A DNA stretch of 64,000 nt from Thomasclavelia sp. (GTDB lineage: Bacteria; Bacillota_I; Bacilli_A; Erysipelotrichales; Coprobacillaceae): NCBI GenBank assembly GCA_028749475.1, contig JAQVWN010000001.1, positions 79,945 to 143,944 of the forward strand, written 5' to 3'. Made by a program: the position numbers and the translations under genes. Each line of letters opens with the position of its first letter. The first letter of the stretch is position 1. Shown here piece by piece: positions 54,455-63,992 of the stretch. The notes beneath the pieces are model-generated. The model searched no databases and had not been told where the DNA came from. It saw only the letters and a list, made by a program, of their open reading frames with translations.

Positions 54455-56137
54455 ATGATGTTAACAGGTTCAGATATCGTAGCAGAATGTCTTATTGAAC
54501 AAGGCGTAGATACAGTATTTGGTTACCCAGGAGGAACTATTCTTAACGTCTATGATGCCCTTTACAAATACTCAGATAAGATTACTCATATTCTTACAAG
54601 TCATGAACAAGGTGCTTGTCACGCTGCTGATGGTTATGCAAGAGCTACGGGGAAAGTTGGAGTATGTATGGCAACATCAGGACCAGGAGCTACTAATCTA
54701 GTCACTGGAATTGCAACAGCTTATATGGACAGTGTTCCAATTGTTGCAATTACAGCTAACGTATCAGTAGACTTATTAGGAAGAGATTCTTTCCAAGAAA
54801 TAGATATTACTGGTGTGACAATGCCAATTACTAAACATAACTATATTGTTAAAGATATCAAAGATTTGGCCCCAACAATTCGTAAAGCTTTTCAAATTGC
54901 TAAAGAAGGAAGACCAGGTCCAGTCTTAGTCGATATTACTAAAGATGTAACAGCTGCCAAAGGAAACTTTACACCTGTCGTACCAGATGTAATTGCTCCT
55001 CGTGGTTATACATTTACTGATAAAGATATCGATAAAGCAGTATCAATGATTGAAAAATCATCAAAACCTTTTATCTTTGTAGGAGGAGGAGCTATTGCTT
55101 CTGGTGCTAACGAAGAATTAAAAGAATTTGCTGAAAAAATAGATGCACCAGTTACTGACTCTTTAATGGGTAAAGGAGCATATGATACTACTAGACCTAG
55201 ATATACTGGAATGCTTGGAATGCACGGTACTAAAGCTAGTAACTTTGGAGTTAGTAAATGTGATTTATTAATTGTTATCGGAGCTAGATTCTCTGATCGA
55301 GTAACTGGTAACGCTAAAACATTTGCTAAAAAGGCTAAGATTATCCATATTGATATCGACGCTGCTGAAGTAAATAAAAATATAATTGTAAATCATTCAA
55401 TTATCGGTGATGCTAAGGTAATTCTTCAAGCATTAAATAAAGCAATTACTAGACAAAATCATCCTCAATGGTTAAAAGAAATTAGAGAATTAAAAGAAAA
55501 ATATCCAATGACGTATGATCATTCTAAATTAACTGCTCCATATTTCATTGAACAAGTAGATTTCTTAACAAACTCTGATGCTATTATGGTTACTGATGTT
55601 GGACAACACCAAATGTGGACTGCTCAATATTATCATTTTAGAAAACCTCGTCAATTAATTACATCAGGTGGAGCTGGAACAATGGGTTATGGACTTGGAG
55701 CTGCTATCGGTGCTAAGTTTGGTCAACCTAATACTCCAGTATTCAATATTGCTGGAGATGGATGCTTTAGAATGAATATGAATGAGTTAGCTACAGCATC
55801 TAGATATAATGTTCCAATCATCGAAGTTGTTATTAACAATAAAGTGCTTGGAATGGTAAGACAATGGCAAACTTTATTCTATGGAGAAAGATATTCAGCT
55901 ACTGTCTTAGATGATAAGGTAGACTTTTGTAAAGTTGCAGAAGGTTTAGGAGTTAAAGCAGTAAGAGTAACTACTAAAGAAGAAGCCGATCAAGCAATTA
56001 AAGAAGCTTTAGAATATCAAGGACCATACTTTATTGAAGTAATGGTTGATAAAGATGATAAAGTATTCCCAATGGTACCAGCTGGTAAACCAATTCAAGA
56101 TGCTTTTGATGAATCAGATTTAAATAAAGAACAATAA
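54455..56137 (+). CDS. ilvB: Acetolactate synthase large (catalytic) subunit
   Basis: GSDIVAECLIEQGVDTVFGYPGG, TSGPGATNLVTGIA, TPP motif GDGCFRMNMNELAT...NN. Confidence 0.94.
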   Translation: MMLTGSDIVAECLIEQGVDTVFGYPGGTILNVYDALYKYSDKITHILTSHEQGACHAADGYARATGKVGVCMATSGPGATNLVTGIATAYMDSVPIVAITANVSVDLLGRDSFQEIDITGVTMPITKHNYIVKDIKDLAPTIRKAFQIAKEGRPGPVLVDITKDVTAAKGNFTPVVPDVIAPRGYTFTDKDIDKAVSMIEKSSKPFIFVGGGAIASGANEELKEFAEKIDAPVTDSLMGKGAYDTTRPRYTGMLGMHGTKASNFGVSKCDLLIVIGARFSDRVTGNAKTFAKKAKIIHIDIDAAEVNKNIIVNHSIIGDAKVILQALNKAITRQNHPQWLKEIRELKEKYPMTYDHSKLTAPYFIEQVDFLTNSDAIMVTDVGQHQMWTAQYYHFRKPRQLITSGGAGTMGYGLGAAIGAKFGQPNTPVFNIAGDGCFRMNMNELATASRYNVPIIEVVINNKVLGMVRQWQTLFYGERYSATVLDDKVDFCKVAEGLGVKAVRVTTKEEADQAIKEALEYQGPYFIEVMVDKDDKVFPMVPAGKPIQDAFDESDLNKEQ

Positions 56138-56168
56138 CGTAATACGTTATTGTTCTTTTTATTTTTTG
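56126..56168 (+). terminator. Strong intrinsic terminator ending the leu-ilv operon
   Basis: 15-bp perfect stem AAAGAACAATAACGT-aat-ACGTTATTGTTCTTT followed by TTTATTTTTT. The 5' arm includes the ilvB stop codon. Confidence 0.9.
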
Positions 56169-56197
56169 TGCTAAAATTTATGTTAAAGGGGAAATAT

Positions 56198-57988
56198 ATG
56201 AAGAAAATATTAAGTGTGTGCGTAGTATTTTTTCTAGCTTTTACATGTTTTTCTAGTGTTAGTGTGAAGGCAGAAGATAGTAGTGGGGCTTCACTACTAG
56301 ACAAAAGTAAAAAAGCCGAGTGGACTGATTATGATAAGGGGATTGCTAAAGTAAATCTTTCAGTTCCATCTGAATCAAAAAAGAATGAAGTAGATGTAGT
56401 TCTAGTTATCGATAAATCAATGGGTAGTGCTAATTCTGGATTCCCAGAAAAAGCAGCAACTATGCTTGATGAATTAGCTAAAAGAACAGATATGGATTGT
56501 AGAGTAGGAGTAGTAAGTTTTGATTCTACAGCATATGATATGTATAACTTAGCTACTAAAAAACAAGTTGGTTATACAGGTTTAGTTACTCTTGATGATA
56601 CAAACAAAGCTGGTTTAAAAGCAGCTTGTAATTATAATCTTAAAGATTCTACAACTAATCCAGAAACTCCTTATTTAGGCGGAAGTAACCTTTCATCTGC
56701 TTTAAAGATGGCTAATAAAATGCTTGGAGAAGGAACTGCTAATAGTTCAAATAAAATGATGGTAGTGTTATCAGATTTAGCTACTTATAGTTATGATGAT
56801 GATGTTACTGTTAATGGTAAAACTTATAAAGATGTACCAAGTTCATTAAATATTCAAGGATATGGTACATACTTAGAAGTAAATAGTTATTTCAGTACTT
56901 GGAAAGCAGATAATAAATATTATAAATCGTTCCAAGAATTAAAAGAGGCTTATGATTCTGGAACAATGCAAGCTAATCCTTCATGGAATAATAATATTCC
57001 ATATCGTTATGATAATCCTACTAAATATAACAGTTTATATGCTCCGGATTTAAATGCAGCTGATGTTACTGCTTCAGTACAAGCTGGAGGAAGTAATTGT
57101 TGTCCAGTTTCTAATGGATATGTTGATGGTTTCTCAAAGGCCATTGCTTATTCATATGAAGAATTTAAAAAAGCATATGATAATGATTACTCAATTAATA
57201 TAATTGGTAATGTTCGTGATATTGCTAACTTATATAATGTATATGCAGGACCTATTTTAAATACTTTCCTTGATTATTTAATAGATGACTTAGATGCTAA
57301 TTATTATAATTCTAAACTTGATTCAAGTGCTTCTCAAACAATAGTTGATAAGATTGAAGTTCAAATTGTCAATGTTATGGATAAATCATTAATAACAGAT
57401 TATATTGGAAAGAAATTTGATCTTTATAATCTAAATAATGAAATATCATCATCTCCATTCGAACTTACAGTTGGTGATGTAGCTGTTCCTGGAGTATGGG
57501 ATGCAAGTACTAAGACTATGACATTTGCAAATGGCGATTATGTCTTAAAATATGATCCTGATGATCCTAATGGAGAAATGTACACTCTTCAAATAAATGT
57601 TCCAATTGCTAAAAGTGCTGCTGTAAAATTATCTTATTATCTTCTATTAGATCAGTCACTAATAGAAACTTATGATGTGGAAGATCTTCCTACAAATGTA
57701 AGTGCAGATATTATTTATTGGTCTTCACTTGATGATAGTAGCGATCCTGATGCAGCTACAACTTCTCAGTTTGAAGTACCAATTTTACAATGGCAAAAGA
57801 AGAAGAAAGATGAACCTACACCTACACCTGTACCACCTACTGAAAACAAAATAAATAATCCAACAAGTAGTACAGTAGTAAATACAGGTGATAGTAATAG
57901 TAATAGAATTAATGGATACTTTGTTTCATTATTACTAGCTGGAGGAGTAATCATCTTAAATCAAATTAGAAGAATCAAAAAAATATAA
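56198..57988 (+). CDS. Secreted vWA-domain surface protein with Pro/Thr linker and a sorting-signal-like C-terminus
   Basis: Signal peptide MKKILSVCVVFFLAFTCFSSVSVKA. VDVVLVIDKSMGS MIDAS-like motif. PTPTPVPP linker. C-terminal VVNTGD + hydrophobic helix + RRIKKI. ATG 56198 follows AAAGGGGA. Confidence 0.75.
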   Translation: MKKILSVCVVFFLAFTCFSSVSVKAEDSSGASLLDKSKKAEWTDYDKGIAKVNLSVPSESKKNEVDVVLVIDKSMGSANSGFPEKAATMLDELAKRTDMDCRVGVVSFDSTAYDMYNLATKKQVGYTGLVTLDDTNKAGLKAACNYNLKDSTTNPETPYLGGSNLSSALKMANKMLGEGTANSSNKMMVVLSDLATYSYDDDVTVNGKTYKDVPSSLNIQGYGTYLEVNSYFSTWKADNKYYKSFQELKEAYDSGTMQANPSWNNNIPYRYDNPTKYNSLYAPDLNAADVTASVQAGGSNCCPVSNGYVDGFSKAIAYSYEEFKKAYDNDYSINIIGNVRDIANLYNVYAGPILNTFLDYLIDDLDANYYNSKLDSSASQTIVDKIEVQIVNVMDKSLITDYIGKKFDLYNLNNEISSSPFELTVGDVAVPGVWDASTKTMTFANGDYVLKYDPDDPNGEMYTLQINVPIAKSAAVKLSYYLLLDQSLIETYDVEDLPTNVSADIIYWSSLDDSSDPDAATTSQFEVPILQWQKKKKDEPTPTPVPPTENKINNPTSSTVVNTGDSNSNRINGYFVSLLLAGGVIILNQIRRIKKI

Positions 57989-57992
57989 ACTA

Positions 57993-58023
57993 AAATAGAG
58001 CATATTATATGCTCTATTTTTTT
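57993..58023 (+). terminator. Intrinsic terminator
   Basis: AAATAGAGCATA-tta-TATGCTCTATTT followed by a T-run. Confidence 0.9.
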
Positions 58024-58053
58024 GCTATAATATGTGTACTTGGAGGAATAAAT

Positions 58054-59064
58054 ATGATTGAAGTTACATTAGGTAAAACAGGAATAACAGTTCCTAAGAA
58101 TAGTTTTGGAGCTTTGCCAATTCAAAGAGTAGATAAAGAAGAAGCTAAAAGAATTTTAAGAAAAGCCTATGATAATGGTGTTAGATTCTTTGATACTGCT
58201 AGATGGTATAGTGATAGTGAAGAAAAGATTGGATATGCTTTAAGTGATGTAAGAAAAGATATTATTATTGCGACTAAAACAGGAGCAACAAATCCTGAAG
58301 ATTTCTTTAAGGATTTAGAAACAAGTCTTAAAAATCTTAAAACAGATTATATTGATATCTATCAATTTCATAATCCTTCATTTTGTCCTAAACCTGGAGA
58401 TGGGACAGGTCTATATGAAGCAATGTTAGAAGCTAAAAGACAAGGAAAGATAAAACATATTGGAATTACTAATCATCGTTTAGCAGTTGCCCATGAAGCC
58501 ATAGAATCAGGCCTATATGAAACTTTACAATTTCCATTTAGCTATCTAGCTGATAAAAAAGATGAAGAACTTGTTAAATTATGCAAAGAAAAAAATATTG
58601 GTTATATTTGTATGAAAGCTTTATCTGGTGGTTTAATTAACCGAAGTGATGCGGCATATGCTTTTATTGCTCAATATGATAATGCTTTACCTATTTGGGG
58701 GATTCAAAAAGAATCAGAATTAGATGAATTCTTATCATACTTTTCTAATCCACCTCAAATGACTGATGAGATAAAAGAAATAATCAAACATGATCGTGAT
58801 GAATTAGTTGGGGAATTTTGTCGAGGATGTGGTTATTGCATGCCTTGTCCAATGGGAATTCAAATCAATCAATGTGCTAGAATGTCACTAATGATTAGAA
58901 GAGCACCAACTAAAGAATGGATTAATGATTATTGGCAAGAAGAAATGAAAAAGATTGAAACATGTCTAGAATGTGGAAAATGTAAATCAAAATGTCCATA
59001 TGGATTAGATACACCAACCTTATTAAAAAAGAATTACGAAGATTATAAAACATTTATAAAGTAA
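58054..59064 (+). CDS. Aldo/keto reductase with C-terminal 4Fe-4S-binding domain
   Basis: AKR motifs FFDTARWY and DIYQFHNP. C-terminal CRGCGYCMPCP and CLECGKCKSKCP cysteine clusters. GGAGG RBS. TGcTATAAT extended -10 at 58023-58031. Confidence 0.85.
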   Translation: MIEVTLGKTGITVPKNSFGALPIQRVDKEEAKRILRKAYDNGVRFFDTARWYSDSEEKIGYALSDVRKDIIIATKTGATNPEDFFKDLETSLKNLKTDYIDIYQFHNPSFCPKPGDGTGLYEAMLEAKRQGKIKHIGITNHRLAVAHEAIESGLYETLQFPFSYLADKKDEELVKLCKEKNIGYICMKALSGGLINRSDAAYAFIAQYDNALPIWGIQKESELDEFLSYFSNPPQMTDEIKEIIKHDRDELVGEFCRGCGYCMPCPMGIQINQCARMSLMIRRAPTKEWINDYWQEEMKKIETCLECGKCKSKCPYGLDTPTLLKKNYEDYKTFIK

Positions 59065-59065
59065 G

Positions 59066-59100
59066 AAAAAGAAGGATTATTTATATTAATCCTTCTTTTT
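59066..59100. terminator. Bidirectional terminator between convergent genes
   Basis: AAAAAGAAGGATTA-(7 nt)-TAATCCTTCTTTTT: A-run on one side and T-run on the other. Overlaps the 3' end of the minus-strand permease gene. Confidence 0.85.
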
Positions 59101-60640
59101 CTAAGAAATCTTTAGCTACTTGACTAGCTTTTTTACCTTTACAATCAACTTGATAATTTAAGTCAATCATAACTTTTTCATTTAAATATTTTTGAAGTTT
59201 ATCCATAAGTTTTTGAACTTTTGGATATTTTTTATATACATTACTATTAATTACTGGGATAGCATCATAAGGAGGGAATGAATTTTTATCATCTTCTAAG
59301 ACAACTAAATCATATCTCTTTAACAAACCATCAGTAGAATAAGCATCAATTATTTGGGAATTACCATTCATTAATGCTGTATATCTAGGTGAACCATCAA
59401 TTCCAGTGATTGCTTTGAAGTTAATTCCATAAGTAGATTGTAGTGATTTTAAGCAATCATTTCTTTCCATAAAAGTAAGAGTAGGAGTAAATGTTAATTC
59501 ACCTGATACTCTAGATAAATCAGTAATAGTTTTAAGATTATATTTACTAGCTGTTTCCTGAGTAACAGCTAGAGTATATGTATTATTAAAACCAAGTTTA
59601 TCTAAAACATATAGATTATATTTCTTTTTCATTTGTTCCTTACAAACTTTATAAACCTTATTAGTATCACTAATAGTCTTTTTACCTAAAACACTTCCAT
59701 AAATAGTTCCAGTATAATCAATATACATATCAATACTACCTTCATTAATAGCATCTAATACAACACCACTAGATCCTAAGGATAGTTTTTGATTAACTGT
59801 AATATCACTATTGTCTTCAACTAAGTACTTTGTCATATAAGATAAAATCTCTTGTTCAGTAAAGTCCATTGAACCAATTGTAATACTATTACTACTAGAT
59901 GTTTTGGTGATATATGTGTAACCAAGACTAGCAACTAAAGCCACACAAGTAAGAGCAATTACAATCTTATCTAAAACTGGTTTATAGGCTTTTTGTTTGA
60001 TATTAAGTTGGAAAGACTTTGGTGTAACAATTGTCTCTAAGATTCCAAAGACATAATCAATTAGTAAAGCTAATATACATGCTGGAATAGCACCGGCAAG
60101 TATCTCAGCTGTATTTACAGTTCTGATACCAGCATAAACTAAGTATCCTAAACCACCAGCTCCAATAAATGCTGCTAGCGTCATAGTACCAACTGATGTA
60201 ACAGCGGATATTCTAACTCCGGCCATAATTACTGGTAAAGCTAGAGGAAGCTGTACTTTATATAGAATTTGAAACTTTGTAAGACCAATTCCTTTTGCCG
60301 CTTCTAAGGTATCGGGATTAACATTTTGAAGTCCCGCGTAAGTATTCTTTATTATTGGTAACAAAGAATAAAGGATAACCATTACAATAGCTGGCTTTGT
60401 TCCAATTCCTAAAAGCGGAATCATAAATCCAAGTAAAGCCATTGATGGAATTGCTTGGATAAGATTAGCAAATCCCATAATTGGAGTTCGTGCTTTTTTA
60501 ACATAACTAATTAGAATACCAACCGGAACTCCAATTAGAATCGATAAAGCAATCGCAAATAAAGTTAATTGAACATGTTCAATTGTTAGATCTAATATTT
60601 GTTGCCAGTTATTTATAAAATAATTTATTATTGTACTCAT
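59081..60640 (-). CDS. Compatible-solute-type ABC importer: fused permease and substrate-binding domain (OpuC/BusAB/EgtU-like)
   Basis: N-terminal half has about 6 TM with an EAAKGIGLTKFQILYKVQLPLA EAA loop. A TM linker follows, then a C-terminal periplasmic-binding-protein-like domain of about 290 aa. Confidence 0.85.
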   Translation of the reverse strand: MSTIINYFINNWQQILDLTIEHVQLTLFAIALSILIGVPVGILISYVKKARTPIMGFANLIQAIPSMALLGFMIPLLGIGTKPAIVMVILYSLLPIIKNTYAGLQNVNPDTLEAAKGIGLTKFQILYKVQLPLALPVIMAGVRISAVTSVGTMTLAAFIGAGGLGYLVYAGIRTVNTAEILAGAIPACILALLIDYVFGILETIVTPKSFQLNIKQKAYKPVLDKIVIALTCVALVASLGYTYITKTSSSNSITIGSMDFTEQEILSYMTKYLVEDNSDITVNQKLSLGSSGVVLDAINEGSIDMYIDYTGTIYGSVLGKKTISDTNKVYKVCKEQMKKKYNLYVLDKLGFNNTYTLAVTQETASKYNLKTITDLSRVSGELTFTPTLTFMERNDCLKSLQSTYGINFKAITGIDGSPRYTALMNGNSQIIDAYSTDGLLKRYDLVVLEDDKNSFPPYDAIPVINSNVYKKYPKVQKLMDKLQKYLNEKVMIDLNYQVDCKGKKASQVAKDFLEKEGLI

Positions 60641-61764
60641 AAGCCTACACCTTCACTTTCATCATACTTTCGACTTAAAGTAGTTACTAAAGTTGATTTT
60701 GTGATTAGACCCACAAGTTTAGAATTACTATCAACTACTGGCATTAAATAGATATTTTTTTCATTGGCAATATTTAATATATCAACGATACTATCATCAG
60801 GTTTTACTATTGGATGATGAAGGTCCATTATATCTGTCACCCATTTATCTTTATTTTCAGGATCAGCAGCTTTTTTAGCTGAAGCTACTCCTAAGTATTC
60901 ATGATTAGTATTTGTAACGATAACGCTGTCAACATTATGATTAAACATAATATTTAAAGCTTTTAAAGCTCTTAAGTTCTCATTGCAAGTAATAGGGTTA
61001 GTAACCATGACATCTGATACTCTAATGAGTTCAGGGGAATCCCAAATTCGCTTTTTACCAACAAAGTTTAATACAAAATCATTTGCTGGATGTTTAAGAA
61101 TATTTTCAGGAGTATCAAATTGTTGAATTTTACCTTCATGAACAATACAAATTTTATCAGCTAGTTTAATAGCTTCAGCCATATCATGAGTTACGAATAT
61201 AATAGTCTTCTTTACTTTATACTGTAAAGATATTAATTCATCTTGAAGGTGAACTCTAGTGATGGGATCTAAAGCACTAAATGGTTCATCCATTAGGATA
61301 ATGGATGGATCAGATGAAAATGCTCTAGCAACTCCCACTCTTTGTTGTTGCCCTCCAGAAAGTTGGACTGGGTATTGATCTTTATAAGATTCATCTAAGC
61401 CAACCATCTTTAATAAATCATCCACCTTTTGATTAATTGTTGGATCTTTTTTATTTTTTAGTTTGGGAATTAATTCAATATTTTGTTTAATAGTCATATG
61501 AGGAAATAAACCAGTTTGTTGGATAACATAACCAATATTCCTTCTAAGTTCTATTTCATCAATTTTACTAGTATCTTTACCATCAATTAGTATTTTTCCA
61601 CTAGTAGGGTTAATTAGTCTGTTTATCATTTTTAATATTGTGGTTTTTCCGCACCCAGAGGGACCGATAATACAGACAAATTCGCCGTCATTAACACTAA
61701 AAGAAATATTATCGATAATGGTTCGATTTTTATATCGTTTAGTGATATTTTGAAGTTCTATCAT
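60637..61764 (-). CDS. ABC importer ATP-binding protein with tandem C-terminal CBS domains (OpuCA/BusAA/EgtV-like)
   Basis: GPSGCGKTT Walker A, LSGGQQQRVGVARA signature, ILMDEPFSALD Walker B, then two CBS repeats. ATG at 61764 follows AAAGGTG. The ORF-track extension to 61830 has no RBS. Confidence 0.9.
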   Translation of the reverse strand: MIELQNITKRYKNRTIIDNISFSVNDGEFVCIIGPSGCGKTTILKMINRLINPTSGKILIDGKDTSKIDEIELRRNIGYVIQQTGLFPHMTIKQNIELIPKLKNKKDPTINQKVDDLLKMVGLDESYKDQYPVQLSGGQQQRVGVARAFSSDPSIILMDEPFSALDPITRVHLQDELISLQYKVKKTIIFVTHDMAEAIKLADKICIVHEGKIQQFDTPENILKHPANDFVLNFVGKKRIWDSPELIRVSDVMVTNPITCNENLRALKALNIMFNHNVDSVIVTNTNHEYLGVASAKKAADPENKDKWVTDIMDLHHPIVKPDDSIVDILNIANEKNIYLMPVVDSNSKLVGLITKSTLVTTLSRKYDESEGVGL

Positions 61765-61852
61765 CTTTCTCACACCTTTCTTATCCTTAATTATAGCACA
61801 GAAAAAATAAAAAAAAGGCCTTCTTATCAACTAATTTGAAGTAGATAAGTTA

Positions 61853-61883
61853 TATTCAACACTATGATAGATAGTGTTGAATA
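61853..61883. repeat. Perfect 13-bp inverted repeat with a 5-bp spacer in the divergent opu/pgk intergenic region (candidate operator)
   Basis: TATTCAACACTAT-gatag-ATAGTGTTGAATA. There is no adjacent T- or A-run, so it is not terminator-like. Confidence 0.6.
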
Positions 61884-61968
61884 ACTAATGGATTTAGCCT
61901 TAAAATTCTAATAATTTATTAAATAAAAAATGACTTATTGGTTTTTTAATAAAAGTGCTGTCCCATAA

Positions 61969-61997
61969 TTGAAAAGGAATAAGTGTAATGGTATAAT
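61969..61997 (+). promoter_or_regulatory. Sigma-A-type promoter of pgk-tpiA
   Basis: TTGAAA, 17 nt spacer, TATAAT, with TGg immediately upstream of the -10 (extended -10). GGAGG RBS at 62006-62010. Confidence 0.7.
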
Positions 61998-62020
61998 TCA
62001 AGCACGGAGGATTTAAAAGA

Positions 62021-63205
62021 ATGGATAAAAAAACTATTAAAGACATTGATGTCAAAGGTAAAACAGTCCTAGTACGTGTAGACTTCAACGTACCTAGAGA
62101 TAAAGAAACTGGAGCTATCACAAATGATAATCGTATTGTGGCAGCTTTACCAACAATTAACTATTTAATTGAACATGAACCAAAAGCTATTGTTTTATTC
62201 TCACATCTTGGAAAAATCAAGACTGAAGAAGACAAAGCTAAAAATGATTTAAGTGTAGTAGCACCTGCTCTTTCTAAATTACTTGGAAAAGATGTAAAAT
62301 TTGTTAACTGCACTAAAGGAGCTGAACTTGAAGAAGCTGTTAAAAATGCAACTGATTCACAAGTTATCTTAGTTCAAAACACTCGTTATGAAGCTGGAGA
62401 AACTAAGAATGATCCTGAACTTGGAAAATACTGGGCTAGTCTTGGTGATGTATTTGTTGAAGATGCATTCGGATCAGTTCATAGAGCACATGCTTCAACT
62501 GCTGGAATTCCTGCTTACTTACCATCAGCTGCTGGATTCCTTGTTGAAAAAGAAATCGCTTATATTGGAAAAGCTGTAAATGATCCTGAAAGACCTATGG
62601 TTGCTATCTTAGGTGGAGCTAAAGTATCTGATAAGATCTTAGTAATTGAAAACTTATTAAAGATTGCTGATAAAGTAATCGTTGGTGGAGGTATGACATA
62701 TACTTTCATGAAAGCTATGGGACATACTATTGGTAATTCATTAGTTGAAGATGATCGTATTGATGTAGCTAAAGAAATTATTAAAAAAGGTGGAGACAAA
62801 CTTCTATTACCTGTTGATTCAGTAATCAATACTGCATTTGCAGAAACAGGAGATATCAAAACTTGTGGTGAAGATGTACCTGATGGATACATGGGACTTG
62901 ATATTGGACCTAAATCTATCGAAAACATTCAAAATGCTTTAGCTGGTGCTAAAACAGTTGTTTGGAATGGCCCTATGGGTGTATTCGAAATGAAACCTTT
63001 CGCAAAAGGAACAGTTGCTGTATGTGAAGCTTTAGCTAATTTAGATGGAGCTAAAACAATTATCGGTGGTGGAGATTCTGCTGCTGCTGTAATGCAACTT
63101 GGTTATGCTGATAAAGTTTCTCACATCTCAACTGGTGGTGGAGCTTCATTAGAATACATGGAAGGAAAAACTCTTCCAGGTATCGCTGCCATTGATGATA
63201 AATAA
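62021..63205 (+). CDS. pgk: Phosphoglycerate kinase
   Basis: [34 protein letters not shown]. 394 aa. Confidence 0.97.
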   Translation: MDKKTIKDIDVKGKTVLVRVDFNVPRDKETGAITNDNRIVAALPTINYLIEHEPKAIVLFSHLGKIKTEEDKAKNDLSVVAPALSKLLGKDVKFVNCTKGAELEEAVKNATDSQVILVQNTRYEAGETKNDPELGKYWASLGDVFVEDAFGSVHRAHASTAGIPAYLPSAAGFLVEKEIAYIGKAVNDPERPMVAILGGAKVSDKILVIENLLKIADKVIVGGGMTYTFMKAMGHTIGNSLVEDDRIDVAKEIIKKGGDKLLLPVDSVINTAFAETGDIKTCGEDVPDGYMGLDIGPKSIENIQNALAGAKTVVWNGPMGVFEMKPFAKGTVAVCEALANLDGAKTIIGGGDSAAAVMQLGYADKVSHISTGGGASLEYMEGKTLPGIAAIDDK

Positions 63206-63220
63206 TAGAGGAGAAATAAA

Positions 63221-63964
63221 ATGAGAAAACCAATTATCGTAGGAAACTGGAAAATGAATAAAACTATTGCTGAAACAAAAGCTTTTGTTGAAGCAGTAGA
63301 TGCAAATGTATCAAACACAGCTGATTGGGGTATTGCTACTCCATACTTATCTTTACAAACAGCTAAAGCTGGAACTAAAAACTTAATCGTTGCTGCTGAA
63401 AACTGTCACTTTAAAGATAGTGGAGCTTACACTGGTGAAGTTAGTGTTGAAATGTTAAAAGAAATCGGAGTTGAATGGGTAATCCTTGGACACTCTGAAA
63501 GAAGACAATATTTTGGTGAAACTGATGAAACAGTTAACGCTAAAATGTTACAAGTATTACATAATGATATGACTCCAATCGTTTGTGTTGGTGAATCATT
63601 AGAACAATACGAAGCTGGAAAAACTAAAGATGTTGTTAAAGCACAAGTTGTTGCAGCTTATAAAGATGTATGTGAAAAATGTGCACCTCGTACTGTAATT
63701 GCTTATGAACCAATCTGGGCTATTGGAACTGGTAAAACAGCTACTAATGAAATTGCTCAAGATGTTTGTGGTTATATTAGATCTGTAGTTAAAGATTTAT
63801 ATGGTGACGATGTAGCTAGCAAGGTTAGAATCCAATATGGTGGATCAGTAAAACCTGAAGGAGTTAAAACTTTATTAGAACAACCTGATATCGATGGTGC
63901 TTTAGTAGGTGGAGCTTCATTACAAGCTGATTCATTCCTTGCAATGGTTAAAAACTTAGGATAA
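63221..63964 (+). CDS. tpiA: Triosephosphate isomerase
   Basis: IVGNWKMN, ILGHSERR, AYEPIWAIGTGKTA, YGGSVKP. 247 aa. Confidence 0.97.
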   Translation: MRKPIIVGNWKMNKTIAETKAFVEAVDANVSNTADWGIATPYLSLQTAKAGTKNLIVAAENCHFKDSGAYTGEVSVEMLKEIGVEWVILGHSERRQYFGETDETVNAKMLQVLHNDMTPIVCVGESLEQYEAGKTKDVVKAQVVAAYKDVCEKCAPRTVIAYEPIWAIGTGKTATNEIAQDVCGYIRSVVKDLYGDDVASKVRIQYGGSVKPEGVKTLLEQPDIDGALVGGASLQADSFLAMVKNLG

Positions 63965-63969
63965 TAATT

Positions 63970-63992
63970 AAGTGGACTTAGTCCACTTTTTT
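63970..63992 (+). terminator. Intrinsic terminator after tpiA
   Basis: AAGTGGAC-tta-GTCCACTT followed by TTTT. Confidence 0.9.

Noticed and set aside
58054-59064. Aldo/keto reductase with C-terminal Fe-S cluster domain, considered as a novelty
   Set aside because: As far as I recall this fusion architecture is widespread among anaerobes and commonly annotated. Nothing in its context here suggests an unusual role.
61900-62121. 73-aa minus-strand ORF spanning the pgk promoter and start
   Set aside because: It overlaps the pgk promoter, RBS and 5' coding region, has no RBS of its own, and has a hydrophobic nonsense composition.
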